From contig NW_021833365.1 in NCBI RefSeq assembly GCF_006345805.1, positions 1 to 27,634 of the forward strand: 27,634 nt of DNA, written 5' to 3'. This document shows positions 9,556 to 22,034 of the stretch, piece after piece. The DNA comes from Octopus sinensis (Eukaryota). The position numbers and the translations under genes are program-made. The notes under the pieces are model-generated. The model was not told where the DNA came from. It was given only the letters and a program-made list of their open reading frames with translations, and ran no database searches. Numbering within the stretch: the stretch's first letter is position 1; each line of letters begins with the position of its first letter.

Positions 9556-10112
9556 GGTATTCTATCTATTCAGTCATAACTTATTATATTGGTAAGACAT
9601 AAAGTCTATGACGAGCTTACTGAGGTAGACTTTATGGCTTTTAAATCTATGTCACAAATTTTTAGTACTTTGCCTCTACCTTAAATCTTTTTTTTTATCA
9701 TTGTATTTCTGTTTTATGACACTATACTGCAAGTTGTTTTCCTTGTTGACCGAAAAAAACCTATGATCAAAGCATGTTTGTCGTGGCTACCCCGCCTTTC
9801 CATTCCGAGCATAATGTAGTGTATGATCTGCGGGAACAATGGCTGCTCTTTCTTTCGTGTCACCTCATCATGTTGAATTCTCCGAGTCAATAATGTTTCA
9901 GTGCTCAACTCAGCTTTATCACATGCGGTGTTCACTGATTAAACAACACATTAGATGTGTGTATCAGCCATTGCACCCGTGCATATCTCCGGCCTTTCAT
10001 GATCGAAGATACTTGAAATCAAAGGTGTTCTAGATGTGAAAATCCCAAATTTTACAGATATAAGATTACTTTATGCAATGTTTCCTTACTGTTGTTAGGA
10101 CAGAAATGTGTG

Positions 10113-10393
10113 GTGGAGGCACATGGCCTAGTGGTTGGAGCAACGGACTCGCGGTCAAGGGATCGCGGGTTCGAATCTCAGACCGGGCGATGTGTGTGTT
10201 TATGAGCGAAACACCTAAGCTCCACGCGGCTCCGGTAATGGCGAACTTCTGCTGACTCTTTCACCACAACTTTCTCTCACTCTTTCCTCCTGCATCTTGC
10301 AGCTCACCTGCGACGGACCGGCGTTGAGGAACCTATACGCCAAGGAAACCGAGAAACCAGCCCTTATGAGCCAGGCATAGCTCGAGAAGGAAA
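10113..10393 (+). mobile_element. Full-length SINE family C with 13-bp TSD
   Basis: Head gtggaggcacatggcctagtggttgg (A box) and gggttcgaatc (B box). Flanked by ACAGAAATGTGTG at 10100-10112 and 10394-10406. Homologous to 24030-24324. Confidence 0.93.
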
Positions 10394-11936
10394 ACAGAAA
10401 TGTGTGATGAAGGAGATTTCTTGCAAATCAGGCAACAGTTAGACACTCCCTCATTAACTTGTATGACATTATGATAACGATAACAACTGCAAAAACAAGA
10501 GCAGCAGCAACAGTGATTTAAAGAAGACTTGCCAGCTATTTCCAGCAGGTCTTGTGACAGCTAAGGGGCTTCTTTGTTAGTATACTTGTTTGGTTTATTC
10601 TTCTAATGACTTTAAAAATATACTACCTCAGTAAATGATCTTTTTAGGTATACGTACACTCATTCATCAACTACATACTATACGCTGGGGTGTATTAACA
10701 GCGTTATAGGTTTCTAAGCAAAGCAGTGCTGTGGGGCAACACCCTACGCAACCATAACATACATGGATTAGCATTAGGTCCCTAGACTTGAGGGCTTCAG
10801 AGCAACTGCTCGCGGTGCCTTGTTTTAAGGCAGCACTGTCTAAATAAAGTTAAGGATGTGTTGTCTGTATCTTTCACAAATAGGAACTAATTTTCCTTCA
10901 AAATCTGCATACCGTCCTAAAAAGGGAAGGAGTCATATATATATGGAAGATAATGTGATCGTGGAAACATTATACTTCAAGGAAAGGCTGTATGACGACA
11001 GCTCCAGCGTCTTGAACGCCTTTGATCTTAGTTCTGCTCCATCAACTCTGACACCACTAACAACCTATCAGACACTCTATATTAAATTAAGCCAGATACC
11101 TTAACCATGAATCGAGGTAATCGTTTTAGACTATTCGACACTAGTTAAGTAGAATATGATAACGAATCATTAACTTTTGAAAAAACAAAATTTGCTTTCA
11201 TATTCCCACACTACACCAAAGCACTGTTATAAAATGTCTTCAGTGTAGAAAAGTGTGGGCTCTTCATCTTACAATGAGACTTGGTCTACCATCGAAGTTT
11301 TCTCTCTTCTTCCTTTAGCTGTATTAAACCTTTTTGTGAACATTTGTTATTGGCCAAAGCGGACTAGTTCCAGTTTCCTTGTCTTCTTTTCCTTAGCTTC
11401 AAGACGAGGTTTTGTGGTTAGATTTCTAAATCTATTCTTTCAGACGCAGACCATCACAAACATACCTACTCATGTGAATACCTAAACTTAGGACATGATC
11501 CTAATATTGATTCTATATATCTATTTAACGGTTTCAATTCATTTATTATTTTCATTCTTCTTACTCTTTTTATGTAGATGCTCGAAGGAAAGCCTCCATT
11601 GAGCATGCCATACAATCAAAAGTATTACACTCATGATCATCCCATTTAATTTTCAGGCAGTCTTTCTCAGACAATACTATAAAATGTGTCCATCATCTAT
11701 TATAACAGGAGATCGTAATTTCAAGAAAATTTAGCTACTATTTCTAACAAGTCGATGAAAGCGTAATGTGCAAATTTGCAACACCACCATTTTTTTTCTC
11801 TTTCCTTTTACATTGGAGTCCACTCTATTGGGGTTAGTTTGCCAGTCTGATGATAATATTTCTCACCTCTTTCATTATGAAGGGCCCCCGACAAAGGTGT
11901 TTTGGATGCTATTTATCCTTCTTGGACTATGTCACT

Positions 11937-11937
<1 letters not shown>

Positions 11938-12015
<78 letters not shown>

Positions 12016-12039
12016 AATTTTTTTTTTTTTTTTTTTTTT
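11938..12039. repeat. (ATT)n microsatellite plus poly-T
   Basis: Read directly. Source of the poly-Ile/Phe ORF 11768..12079. Confidence 0.96.
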
Positions 12040-12419
12040 ACTTAGTATGGCTATAGTTACCAATCTTGCTAGCCATTGATCAATGCATATGTAAATACAC
12101 TATATCGAATTAAGAAGTTCTGAATCTCAAATAATATGTAAACAGAATGAAGATAAAGAAAACGAACATCATATATTTTCTGATTGTTGTTGCTGCTGTT
12201 AGTGCTGTATGTAGTGGTGACAGAAGGAGTAAATAATGGTGGCACAAAGGAATATGTCGCTCCTAGTGTGGTGGTAGTAGTGGTTAGTGGTTGTGGTATA
12301 GTTGTATATGATAGCAGTTTTGATGTTAACAGTGGTAATGAATGTACTGAAATACAGGGTGTAAACATGGTATAAAACCACCACATACATGTATAAATGA
12401 ATGTAGGGCTGTATATGTT

Positions 12420-12464
12420 TGTGTGTGTGTCGTGTAGGGAGAGAGAGGGGAGAGAGAGAGAGAA

Positions 12465-12495
<31 letters not shown>

Positions 12496-12735
12496 TAAAA
12501 AAGTGGGAGAAAGAGAGCCAAAGCAGAAAGCAAAAAACATAGGGTGAAATGACAAACAAGCAACAAACAACACGTAAAGACAAAGAGTGAAAGACACATG
12601 TAGTGATATACATTCAAACATACGCGCACATCCATACGCACAAACACTTACAAAGACGTATATGTTCTAAGTATATGCATATGTATGTGTACCCGTGTAT
12701 ATAAATGTATGTCCGTGTAAATATATATGTATATC

Positions 12736-12782
<47 letters not shown>

Positions 12783-12968
12783 TATATATAATACACACTG
12801 CGCGCGCACACACACATATATATGTATGTTGTGTGTATATATGAATATATATATGCAAACGGATGAGAAATTCGTTGAGTGTATGTCAGGCAGTATTTTG
12901 AGGGGAATGTACTTACGACAAGTCAAGTTTTATCCTCTTGAAGATAATTAGAAATGCATGTGACAGTG

Positions 12969-13017
<49 letters not shown>

Positions 13018-13275
13018 TTATATTATGTACAGATATATATATATATGTATATATATATGTATAAATGTGTGTGTATGTATGTATGTACGTATGTATGTAT
13101 GTATGTATCAGTAATAACTGCTTGTCCATGTGTGCGTAAATCTTAAAACGTGATCGTATATCAATACCTCCAGATTTATATTTGTACATCCATATGTGAC
13201 TTTATGTACATGAGCATGTGTGAGAGCCTATAAGCGTATGTGTGTGTGTGTGAAAGAGAGAGAGAGAGAGAGATT

Positions 13276-13326
<51 letters not shown>

Positions 13327-13599
13327 GAGAGCAGATGCGAGTTCCTTGTATTTTTCAGTGCTTTTGCGATTAGAAAATCTTATATACGCCTTGCAGTTGA
13401 ATCACTAGACACCACTGCATGCGTACGCCTTTTCAGCATCTTTTCTACACACACACACACACACACACACACGAACACACACACACACACACACACACTA
13501 ACACACACACACAGCGGCACAGTCAAACGCGCACTCATACGGACTAAACGTTTATCTAAACGTCCCTTACACCTCACCTCTAGCACTTTCGCATATATA

Positions 13600-13654
<55 letters not shown>

Positions 13655-13708
13655 TATGTATATATATATATATATAATTATATAATATATATTATATTTT
13701 ATATATAT

Positions 13709-13742
<34 letters not shown>

Positions 13743-13804
13743 ATATATATAATAATATATTATATATGTATATATATATAGCGGCGTACGTACACTTTCG
13801 TCTC

Positions 13805-13842
<38 letters not shown>

Positions 13843-13980
13843 CATACACACATTCACACATACACACACACAAACATACATAAATATATATGCATGTCTG
13901 TATATACGTATATATGTGTGTGGAAGTTTATATCAATTTTTGCATCTCTCGCTCTTTCTTTCTTTCTTTCTCTCTTTCTC
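12420..13980. repeat. Microsatellite-dominated block: (GA)n, (TA)n, (TATG)n, (GT)n, (CA)n, (CTTT)n
   Basis: Read directly. Tracts at about 12447-12492, 12720-12790, 12970-13105, 13240-13330, 13447-13512 and 13590-13840. Confidence 0.93.
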
Positions 13981-14612
13981 TCTCCCTTTCTCTCTGTCGT
14001 GTGTGAACAATCTATGATACGCTTATATTGTTATCATGTTGCTGAGTCGCCCTTGAATGACAGCCTTCAAATGCTGATATGAAACCTGATATGAACCCCT
14101 CTAACAGTTCCATTGTGGGAATCCGTATGTAAGTTTACAGATCGCATTGTTAGGTTTCTCGTCTTCTGGCAATCACAGAATAGGATGCGTTGATTTTTTT
14201 TTTTTGTTTCTCAAAACATACGTTATCATCACACTACTAGGGACAATGAAGGAACTCTCTATGGGTTTTGATAAACCAGTCCGAAAATATACTGTTTTAT
14301 AGCAGGAAAGTATTATTTCGACATGAAGCCCGGCATACACTATTCTTGGAGAAATGGGATAGAATACCTTCCTGCTGGATTGGAGTTGACCAGGTGCTAA
14401 ACAACAAGAACAAATGTGACATCTACATTTTCGGTATTGTAAGAAAAGGCTGTAAATTTGAGATGTCCTGGTTCCACATTGGTTCCCATAGAGACCATTT
14501 TATTACAGTAAAATAAAGGTAACTTGAATGATATGGCGGCGTAATAAAATCCTTTGATCCTACAATGGTCATTCTTCGAGGAACTGTAGAGAGAGCTAAA
14601 CGGTTGTCGTTT

Positions 14613-14850
14613 AGTTTAAGGCGGCGAGCTGGCAAAAACGTTAGCGCGCCGGGCAAAATGCTTAGCGGTATTTCGTCTGTCTTTATGTCCTGAGTTCATA
14701 TTCCGCCGAGGTCGACTTTGCCTTTCATCCTTTCGGGGTCGATAAATAAAGTACCAGTTACGCACTGGGGTCAAGGTAATCGACTTAATCCGTTTGTCTG
14801 TCCTTGTAAGTCCTCTCTGTGTTTAGCCCCTTGTGGGTAGTAAAGAAATA
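14613..14850 (+). mobile_element. Full-length SINE family B1 with 11-bp TSD
   Basis: ggcggcgagctggcaaaaacgttagcgcgccgggc... through ...gtttagccccttgtgggtagtaaagaaata. Flanked by GGTTGTCGTTT at 14602-14612 and 14851-14861. Confidence 0.93.
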
Positions 14851-15630
14851 GGTTGTCGTTTCGTTCCAACATGTATAGGTCAAGGTCAGCACAAAGACAA
14901 AAACCCCCCAAAAAAATCGAGAAGAAAGGGAGTATCAGGGGGGTGACGTTTTCGAGTGAAGGAGTGGGTAAAGGGGTCGAGCCTAGGCATGATACACAAT
15001 ATTTGTATTGAGCAATGACGGTTGTGTTGAATGGATGTCTTACATAACTAACAGAGGTTTTATATAACTAACTACTTTCCCGGAAGAGAAGCCGTTGTAA
15101 TAACGATAACACAGCATATCAATGGACCCTAATATCGTGTGCTGACGAGTGAATGATTCGTCACCAAATCAGTTAGTTGACCTTTAGAAAACAGAGTAGG
15201 GTGTCTATGATTAACTTATGAAGAGATTTTGTAACTGAAAAGTACAGTCCATTAAATCACTCCTAATGTATAACTGGTATTTATTTTGTTGACCTTCACA
15301 TTTTTCTACGAATGATTTGATCCAGGAGAGAAGTGTGAAACCATAAATCTGATGCGAAGAGAGTTATTACCGTAAAACAGTTAAAGACGCCTCTTTACCC
15401 TTTTTGTAAATGTAATGTACAAGGATAAATGATTCAGAACTATTAAAAGAGATTACGAACGCTGCCCCCTCTTTGACATCACTAAATCAATCTGAAAAAT
15501 AAAGAAAAATAAGGCAAAAAAACAAAACAATTTTAAAAGTAACGGGAAAGAAAATAAAAATTACTCGTAGGAAACGGCAACCATCTTGTCTCCTCAAAAT
15601 ATCGGTTCAACTAGTTTTACAAATTACCGT

Positions 15631-15694
15631 GCTGCTGCTACTCCTCTTCCTCCTCCTCCTCCTCCTCCTCCTTCTACTACTACTACTACTACTA
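15631..15694. repeat. Compound (GCT)n(CCT)n(ACT)n trinucleotide tract
   Basis: Read directly. Confidence 0.93.
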
Positions 15695-16325
15695 TTTAAG
15701 ATTCTAGGAAATACATAACGTTTTTTTCTCTTCTTTTAAGGGCATTTCAAATAGATAAAAATAAAAGAAACCAAGGAAAAAGAATTTTAAAAATAAGCAA
15801 AGAAGTAAAACAGTTGAGAAAACTTGAAGAAAAAAAAGCCCTAAACCCTTGGAAACCATTAATAAAAGCTAAATCCGTAACATACATTAAACAGATACCT
15901 TATGCCTATGTTTTAGTCCCCACTTCTATCATCTACTTCTCTCTGCTAATTAAATTACTTAATGCTGACAGTAACGTCATTTGATCATCGGCTTTTAATT
16001 TTACGCCCTCAAGGAGAAAAAAAAAACAAGAGAATTTTGTTGTAAACATGTGAAAAACAACCCCCTGCTCCATGTAATTTTGAAGCGATTCGCCCTCTAA
16101 ACACGGCTCTTTTGCTCGTCCAAGCAGTTATTAATCTTTCTGGTACCACCCGACTGTCAACTGGTTAAGATAAATTCAACTTTTTTTTGTGAGAGGGAGA
16201 AGGGGGTACTTTTTGTTGTTTTTAATTTTCGGAAGAGGGTTTCTTGTTTTCAATGCAACAGAAGTCAACAATATTGTATACTTGAATAAGTCCTACTAGT
16301 TTAGATGAAAATACAGTCCGTTAAA

Positions 16326-16384
16326 AGCAATATATATATATAGATCTGGTTCAGAGGAGCAGATCTATATATATATATATTGCT
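16326..16384. other. Near-perfect inverted repeat (hairpin/cruciform), arms about 23 bp, 11-nt loop
   Basis: AGCAA(TA)6GATCTG - gttcagaggag - CAGATC(TA)7TTGCT. The arms are exact reverse complements except for one extra TA unit. Confidence 0.92.
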
Positions 16385-17444
16385 GGTACATACCCTCATA
16401 GTCTTCTTCCAATACACGTATGATGCATAAAACCAATGCCAGTTAATCTATTAAATCTGAACTCAGAATTTTATTTAACCGACTAAAGTTTGGTTCTGTA
16501 AAATAAAATTTACACCAATTTTCAAACGCCACATCTTTCCACGTCGTTTTGATAATAGAATTAATTCTGACTTAGAACACATAATCATATAACGAAAATA
16601 GTTTTCTCAGGTGACTTCATTGGTCATTTGGTATGTTAGCTGGTTTGGTTTCAAATGCTGGTTCAATTTTTCTTTTTTAAACTCAGTCTCATTTACGAAC
16701 TGATTGCATACATAGCCTTTGTAGAACATCCCAGGCTGTTGAGTTTGATGCAGTTGAACCATTTTCCACAGAGTCTGCTGAAAGTGAAAACTATAACAGT
16801 ACTCAGTTTCCAGGAACTTGCAAGAAGAATTAAAAACGAATTAAAGCAAGGAACATTTTGAACACTTTTTTTTGCTATGTTTTTGAAGGGAGATAAAATA
16901 AGGATTAAAGATGTATGTAACAAGCGAGTTTGAATGACGTTATATTCAGCGTATTCAATGTAGAAGGCAGGATTGTTCTTAGTTTAAAAACTAGGTACCC
17001 AAATAATTATTGCGTTGTTGTCAGTGGTGGTGTCAATATGATGATCTTGAATATTCGGTTAGCCTTAATGGAACAAAACTATAACCTAAAGCATTTCAGC
17101 GATAGTCACCAATCATTTGATATATGCCAGGGACTAAGTTCTATGTGTGCTATTTTTTAAAGGACATTAGGTTTAAATTTGATGAACATTTTCTCATTGA
17201 TATTTCTAAATGTTTGAACGACAACATAAATGATATCTCAGTGGCTTATCATTTCCTCAGTGTTTCAGATTGCTGAGCGGAAATTTGTCAGTCACATTGG
17301 TAAGATCGGTGCTAAGATACTTAACGTAGTCAGCCAAGAAATTTTGATTATTCAAAATTGCATTGTAGTGATAGACAGATTTATTTGCTTAATCTTAAAT
17401 TCTGGTCAAGAAAGACAAGGAAGACAATCCTGAAATATTAATTA

Positions 17445-17842
17445 CTAGCAGTATCGCCCGGCGTTGCTCGGGTTTATAAGGGAAATAACTATATAAGCAT
17501 TTTTAGAGAGTTATAGCCAAAAAATAGCAAAAAAAATGCATTAGAATGGGAAAAAATGATGGTAAATGTTTTTAAAAATCGTTGACTCATCGTAGATATT
17601 TTTAGAGAGTTACTTCCCTTATATAATAGCGAAAAAATGCATTAAAATGGAAAAAAATGATGGTACATTTTTTTTAAAAATCGTAGACTCATCGTAGACG
17701 AGCGCTAATACCCAGAAGGGCTCGATATGAATCACGACTATAAGATACCCGGTTTTGGTTAAACTGCACCGCAAAATGTGGGAGTAGTTAGGAATCTAAA
17801 TCGTAGGAGACAGACACACAACTTGACTTTTATATATAAAGA
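17445..17842 (-). mobile_element. Non-autonomous Helitron, 398 bp, both termini intact
   Basis: On the minus strand it starts A|TCTTTATATATAAAAGTC and ends CCCGAGCAACGCCGGG-cgatactg-CTAG|T: canonical TC...hairpin...CTAG, AT target, no TSD. Internal ~100-bp tandem duplication (17499-17597 and 17598-17699). Confidence 0.88.
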
Positions 17843-18427
17843 TTTGAAAATTATTAGCAATAATGTTGATATTTTTCTCATTCGTCCATCAGAAAAATAG
17901 TTTACTTTGGGTCAGAGTACATTGTCCAAAATTACTATGTGAGAAGGGGCGCTCCCATCCAGAGACATGGATAGCCCTTAAATAAGTTTCGTGGTGGTGA
18001 TTTCTGTATGAGGTAATAACTGTTTAGGGTTTAAAACTTTTCTAGTCTTGGAAAGAGAAGTAAACCTTAAACTACTTATTTGTATATTTATTTGTAAATT
18101 TTTATTTCTGTTAAAAATGGTTCCGGCTAGTTGGCTTTAACCATAGCTGGGAAACCTCAATTATTTGTTTAGATTGATAAACGCCATTACAAAAAAAAAA
18201 GAAAAAAGAAAAGAAAAGAAGAAAGGAATAAAAAAAAGATACGAAGCTTTCATCATCCAATTTAGGATCCTCTTAAAACTACAGTGGCTTTTGTGCATTG
18301 TCAAAACATAGAAGTATATTAAGGAAATAGACTCAATTGCCGCTTCAGGCGTTAGTATGATGCTATTTGAAGACCTGAATAGCAGGAGGGGGAAAAAAAC
18401 AAACAAGCAAAAATATATAAAAAGTCA

Positions 18428-19388
<961 letters not shown>

Positions 19389-19873
19389 AATCCTATAAAA
19401 TCTTAAGGACTATGAACTGTCAATTCGTATGTCAAATTAGAATCATGCGCAACATTTATGAGGTTTCATCAGGGTTCTAATTTCCCAATGCATTTATGTA
19501 AAACTAGGACAAGATGAATGCTGAATAACAGTTTATTCTAAAATTGTAAAAAAATACGACATATAGGTAATTTCTGCTTAGAAATATGCTCCACGGCGTC
19601 ATCGTTAAAATTTGTGTTTGAATTATGATTTTTACATTCATAAACTTATCATATTTTAAACACTTCATCATATATTTACGATGATCTTGTTGGTTGCTTA
19701 ATTTTCTTTTTGCTATGTACCTGTAGATATAAAGAAGAGATATGAATTTATATATACAGGATATATAAAGTAAATAGGCATTAAAAATTGTTAATAAAAT
19801 CCAGATACTTTTACAAATTTATTGAAACAAATGTTATATGTTCTTTATTACATGGGGAATTGAAAATAAATCT

Positions 19874-20337
19874 TCATACTTCTACATTAGCACCGGTGGT
19901 GTCAACCAGTTTCCTCGAACGTCCAGAGATGGAACGAGTAACCTACTAAAGGATGTCATTTGGGATCCCAGAGAACTTCCTGAATCCGTATTTCCAAGTC
20001 ATCCAGCGTACATCTCCTCTTTTGTGTAACCCCCACAGTTAAAAATCACATGGAGTGAGATCTGGACTTCTTGGAATTCTGGACTTCTTGGAATTCTGGA
20101 CTTCTTGGAGTTCTGGACTTCTGGACATCTGTGTTCACAGTCTTCAGGTTTTAGCTCCTGCACGTTCACAGGGCCTGTGGTCATCAGCATTGCATGTCAA
20201 TTCTTTATTGTCTCCGGACACAGTGTTGCATGCTTACCTTTCCATGCACGCCACGATCTCTGAAACAAGACAATGGAATTCCACACTTCATAGCGTGCTG
20301 CTGTCTTAGCTCGCTCCTGAACAGTCAAGCCACCAAT
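19874..20337 (-). pseudogene. Tc1/mariner transposase pseudogene (N-terminal HTH joined to the C-terminal end of the catalytic domain)
   Basis: Manual translation. N-terminal part GGLTVQERAKTAARYEVWNSIVLFQRSWRAWKGKHATLCPETIKN*HAMLMTTGPV fits the DUF4817-type HTH pattern ending in TG(S)V. C-terminal part across frameshifts: PRSPDLTPCDF*LWG/YTKEEMY/LDDLEIRIQEVL/GIPNDIL**VTRSISGRSRKLVDTTGANVEV*. SPDLxPxD marks a DDxD enzyme. The middle, including the first two catalytic Asp, is absent. Confidence 0.88.
20061..20131. repeat. Tandem filler: 3 x 17-bp TCTGGACTTCTTGGA(A/G)T plus 2 x 8-bp TCTGGAC(T/A)
   Basis: Units at 20061, 20078, 20095 (17 bp) and 20112, 20120 (8 bp), located at the transposase deletion junction. 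Confidence 0.93.
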
Positions 20338-20849
20338 ATGTATAATGATTATATATATTGCATCTATATAATATACTATATATTATATCATATATTATAT
20401 ATCGTGCTTATATACAAATTATGGTCAAAGAGAGTTCCATGTTACCGAAGAGGAATATTTCTATGGAAATCTTTAAGGAGTAAAATGGACAGAATTACTA
20501 AGAAACTCTGTGTGTATGCGTGTGTGTGTGTATGTGTGTCGTGTGTGTGTGTGTGGGGGGGGAGATTTAGGTAGGATTACGTTTTGATTCAAGTTCCATC
20601 AGGAATTGTTCTCTCATTCATTTCATGTGACAATACTTTAATAAGTTTTAACAATAAAGTGTACCCTCAAATGCTCTCATCCGCCTAATGATCGCTATTG
20701 CATGAGACTTGAGTATCGAAAAATAAAGTATACCAATAATATGCTACAAATACACGCATGCACGCACGCACACACATATAAGTATATACATGCACACAGA
20801 TATAGAAAGCAAGATAGACAGTGAAAGATAGAAACACATAAAAATACAC

Positions 20850-20980
<131 letters not shown>

Positions 20981-21057
20981 TATAGGTCCGTGTTTGTGTG
21001 TGAATAAGTTTGTATTTTTGTAATAATTAAATTATGCATCATTATCTAATTATATTT

Positions 21058-21489
21058 TCTCTTTCTCTTTCTCTTTTTTCTCTTTTACTTGTTTCAGTCA
21101 TTTGACTGCGGCCATGCTGGAGCACCGCCTTTTTTTTAATCGAGCAACTTGACCCCGGGACTTATTCTTTTGTAAGCCCAGTACTTATTCTATCGGTCTC
21201 TTTTGCCGAACCGCTAAGTGACGGGGGACGTAAACACACCAGCATCGGTTGTCAAGCAATGCTAGAGGGACAAACACAGACACACAAACATATACACACA
21301 CATACATACATATATATACATATATACGACAGGCTTCTTTCAGTTTCCGTCTACCAAATCCACTCACAAGGAATTGGTTGGCCCGGGGCTATAGCAGAAG
21401 ACACTTGCCCAAGATGCCGCGCAGTGGGACTGAACCCGGAACCATGTGGCTGGTTAGCAAGCTACTTACCACACAGCCACTCCTGCGCC
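21058..21489 (-). mobile_element. Full-length SINE family A, possible 7-bp TSD
   Basis: Same structure as the 4648 copy. TATATTT at 21051-21057 and 21490-21496 may be the TSD, but it is low complexity. Confidence 0.93.
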
Positions 21490-21759
21490 TATATTTAGGA
21501 ATGTTTAAAAAGTTTATCACGGTAGATAATTATGACAATAATTAGTGTAAAATCTGCAGTAGTGATGGTCATCATTGAATCTGTTAATAGATAATCGCTT
21601 ATTGTTGATAAATCTGTCATAGATGCCGTTCATTAAACATGCATAGCATGATAATCGATTTAAATTGAATCATATATGCACATGCGTCTCTACCTATTTA
21701 TTCAGATTCGCATATATTCGCATACATACATAAATACATATTCATGAACATACACATAT

Positions 21760-22030
<271 letters not shown>

Positions 22031-22034
22031 ATAT

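Larger units (their letters stand above)
19757..20337 (-). mobile_element. Internally deleted Tc1/mariner-superfamily DNA transposon (rosa/DD41D-like)
   Basis: Transposase remnants (next feature), followed on the minus strand by an AT-rich 3' region with AATAAA and ending ...TATCCTG|TA at 19757, consistent with a TA target. The partner terminal inverted repeat could not be identified with confidence. Confidence 0.75.

Noticed and set aside
10113-10190. tRNA gene (also 2356-2420 and 24250-24324)
   Set aside because: A and B boxes are present, but acceptor and anticodon stems do not pair properly, and the heads continue into SINE bodies (TSD-flanked at 10113 and 24030).
14268-14516. KVLFRHEAR resembling Tc1 VLFSDE
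   Set aside because: The catalytic Asp is absent and no other transposase motifs follow at the right spacing.
15492-15584. Minus-strand CAAGATGG start with a 73-nt GT-AG intron and a strong acceptor
   Set aside because: Splicing yields only MVAVSYELI-stop, and the pyrimidine tract is just an A-rich low-complexity run on the plus strand.
17000-17150. Minus-strand SPW and WVPS motifs resembling LINE RNase H
   Set aside because: They are in different frames, only about 50 codons apart, with no DGS motif; too weak.
20061-20131. CRISPR-like array (also 8196-8281)
   Set aside because: The repeats are directly adjacent with no unique spacers, there are no cas genes, and the context is eukaryotic.
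20484-20510. Candidate right-hand TIR of the mariner element (CAGAGTTTCTTAGTAA on the minus strand)
   Set aside because: Only patchy similarity to the left end CAGGATATATAAAGTAA, and flanked by TG rather than TA.
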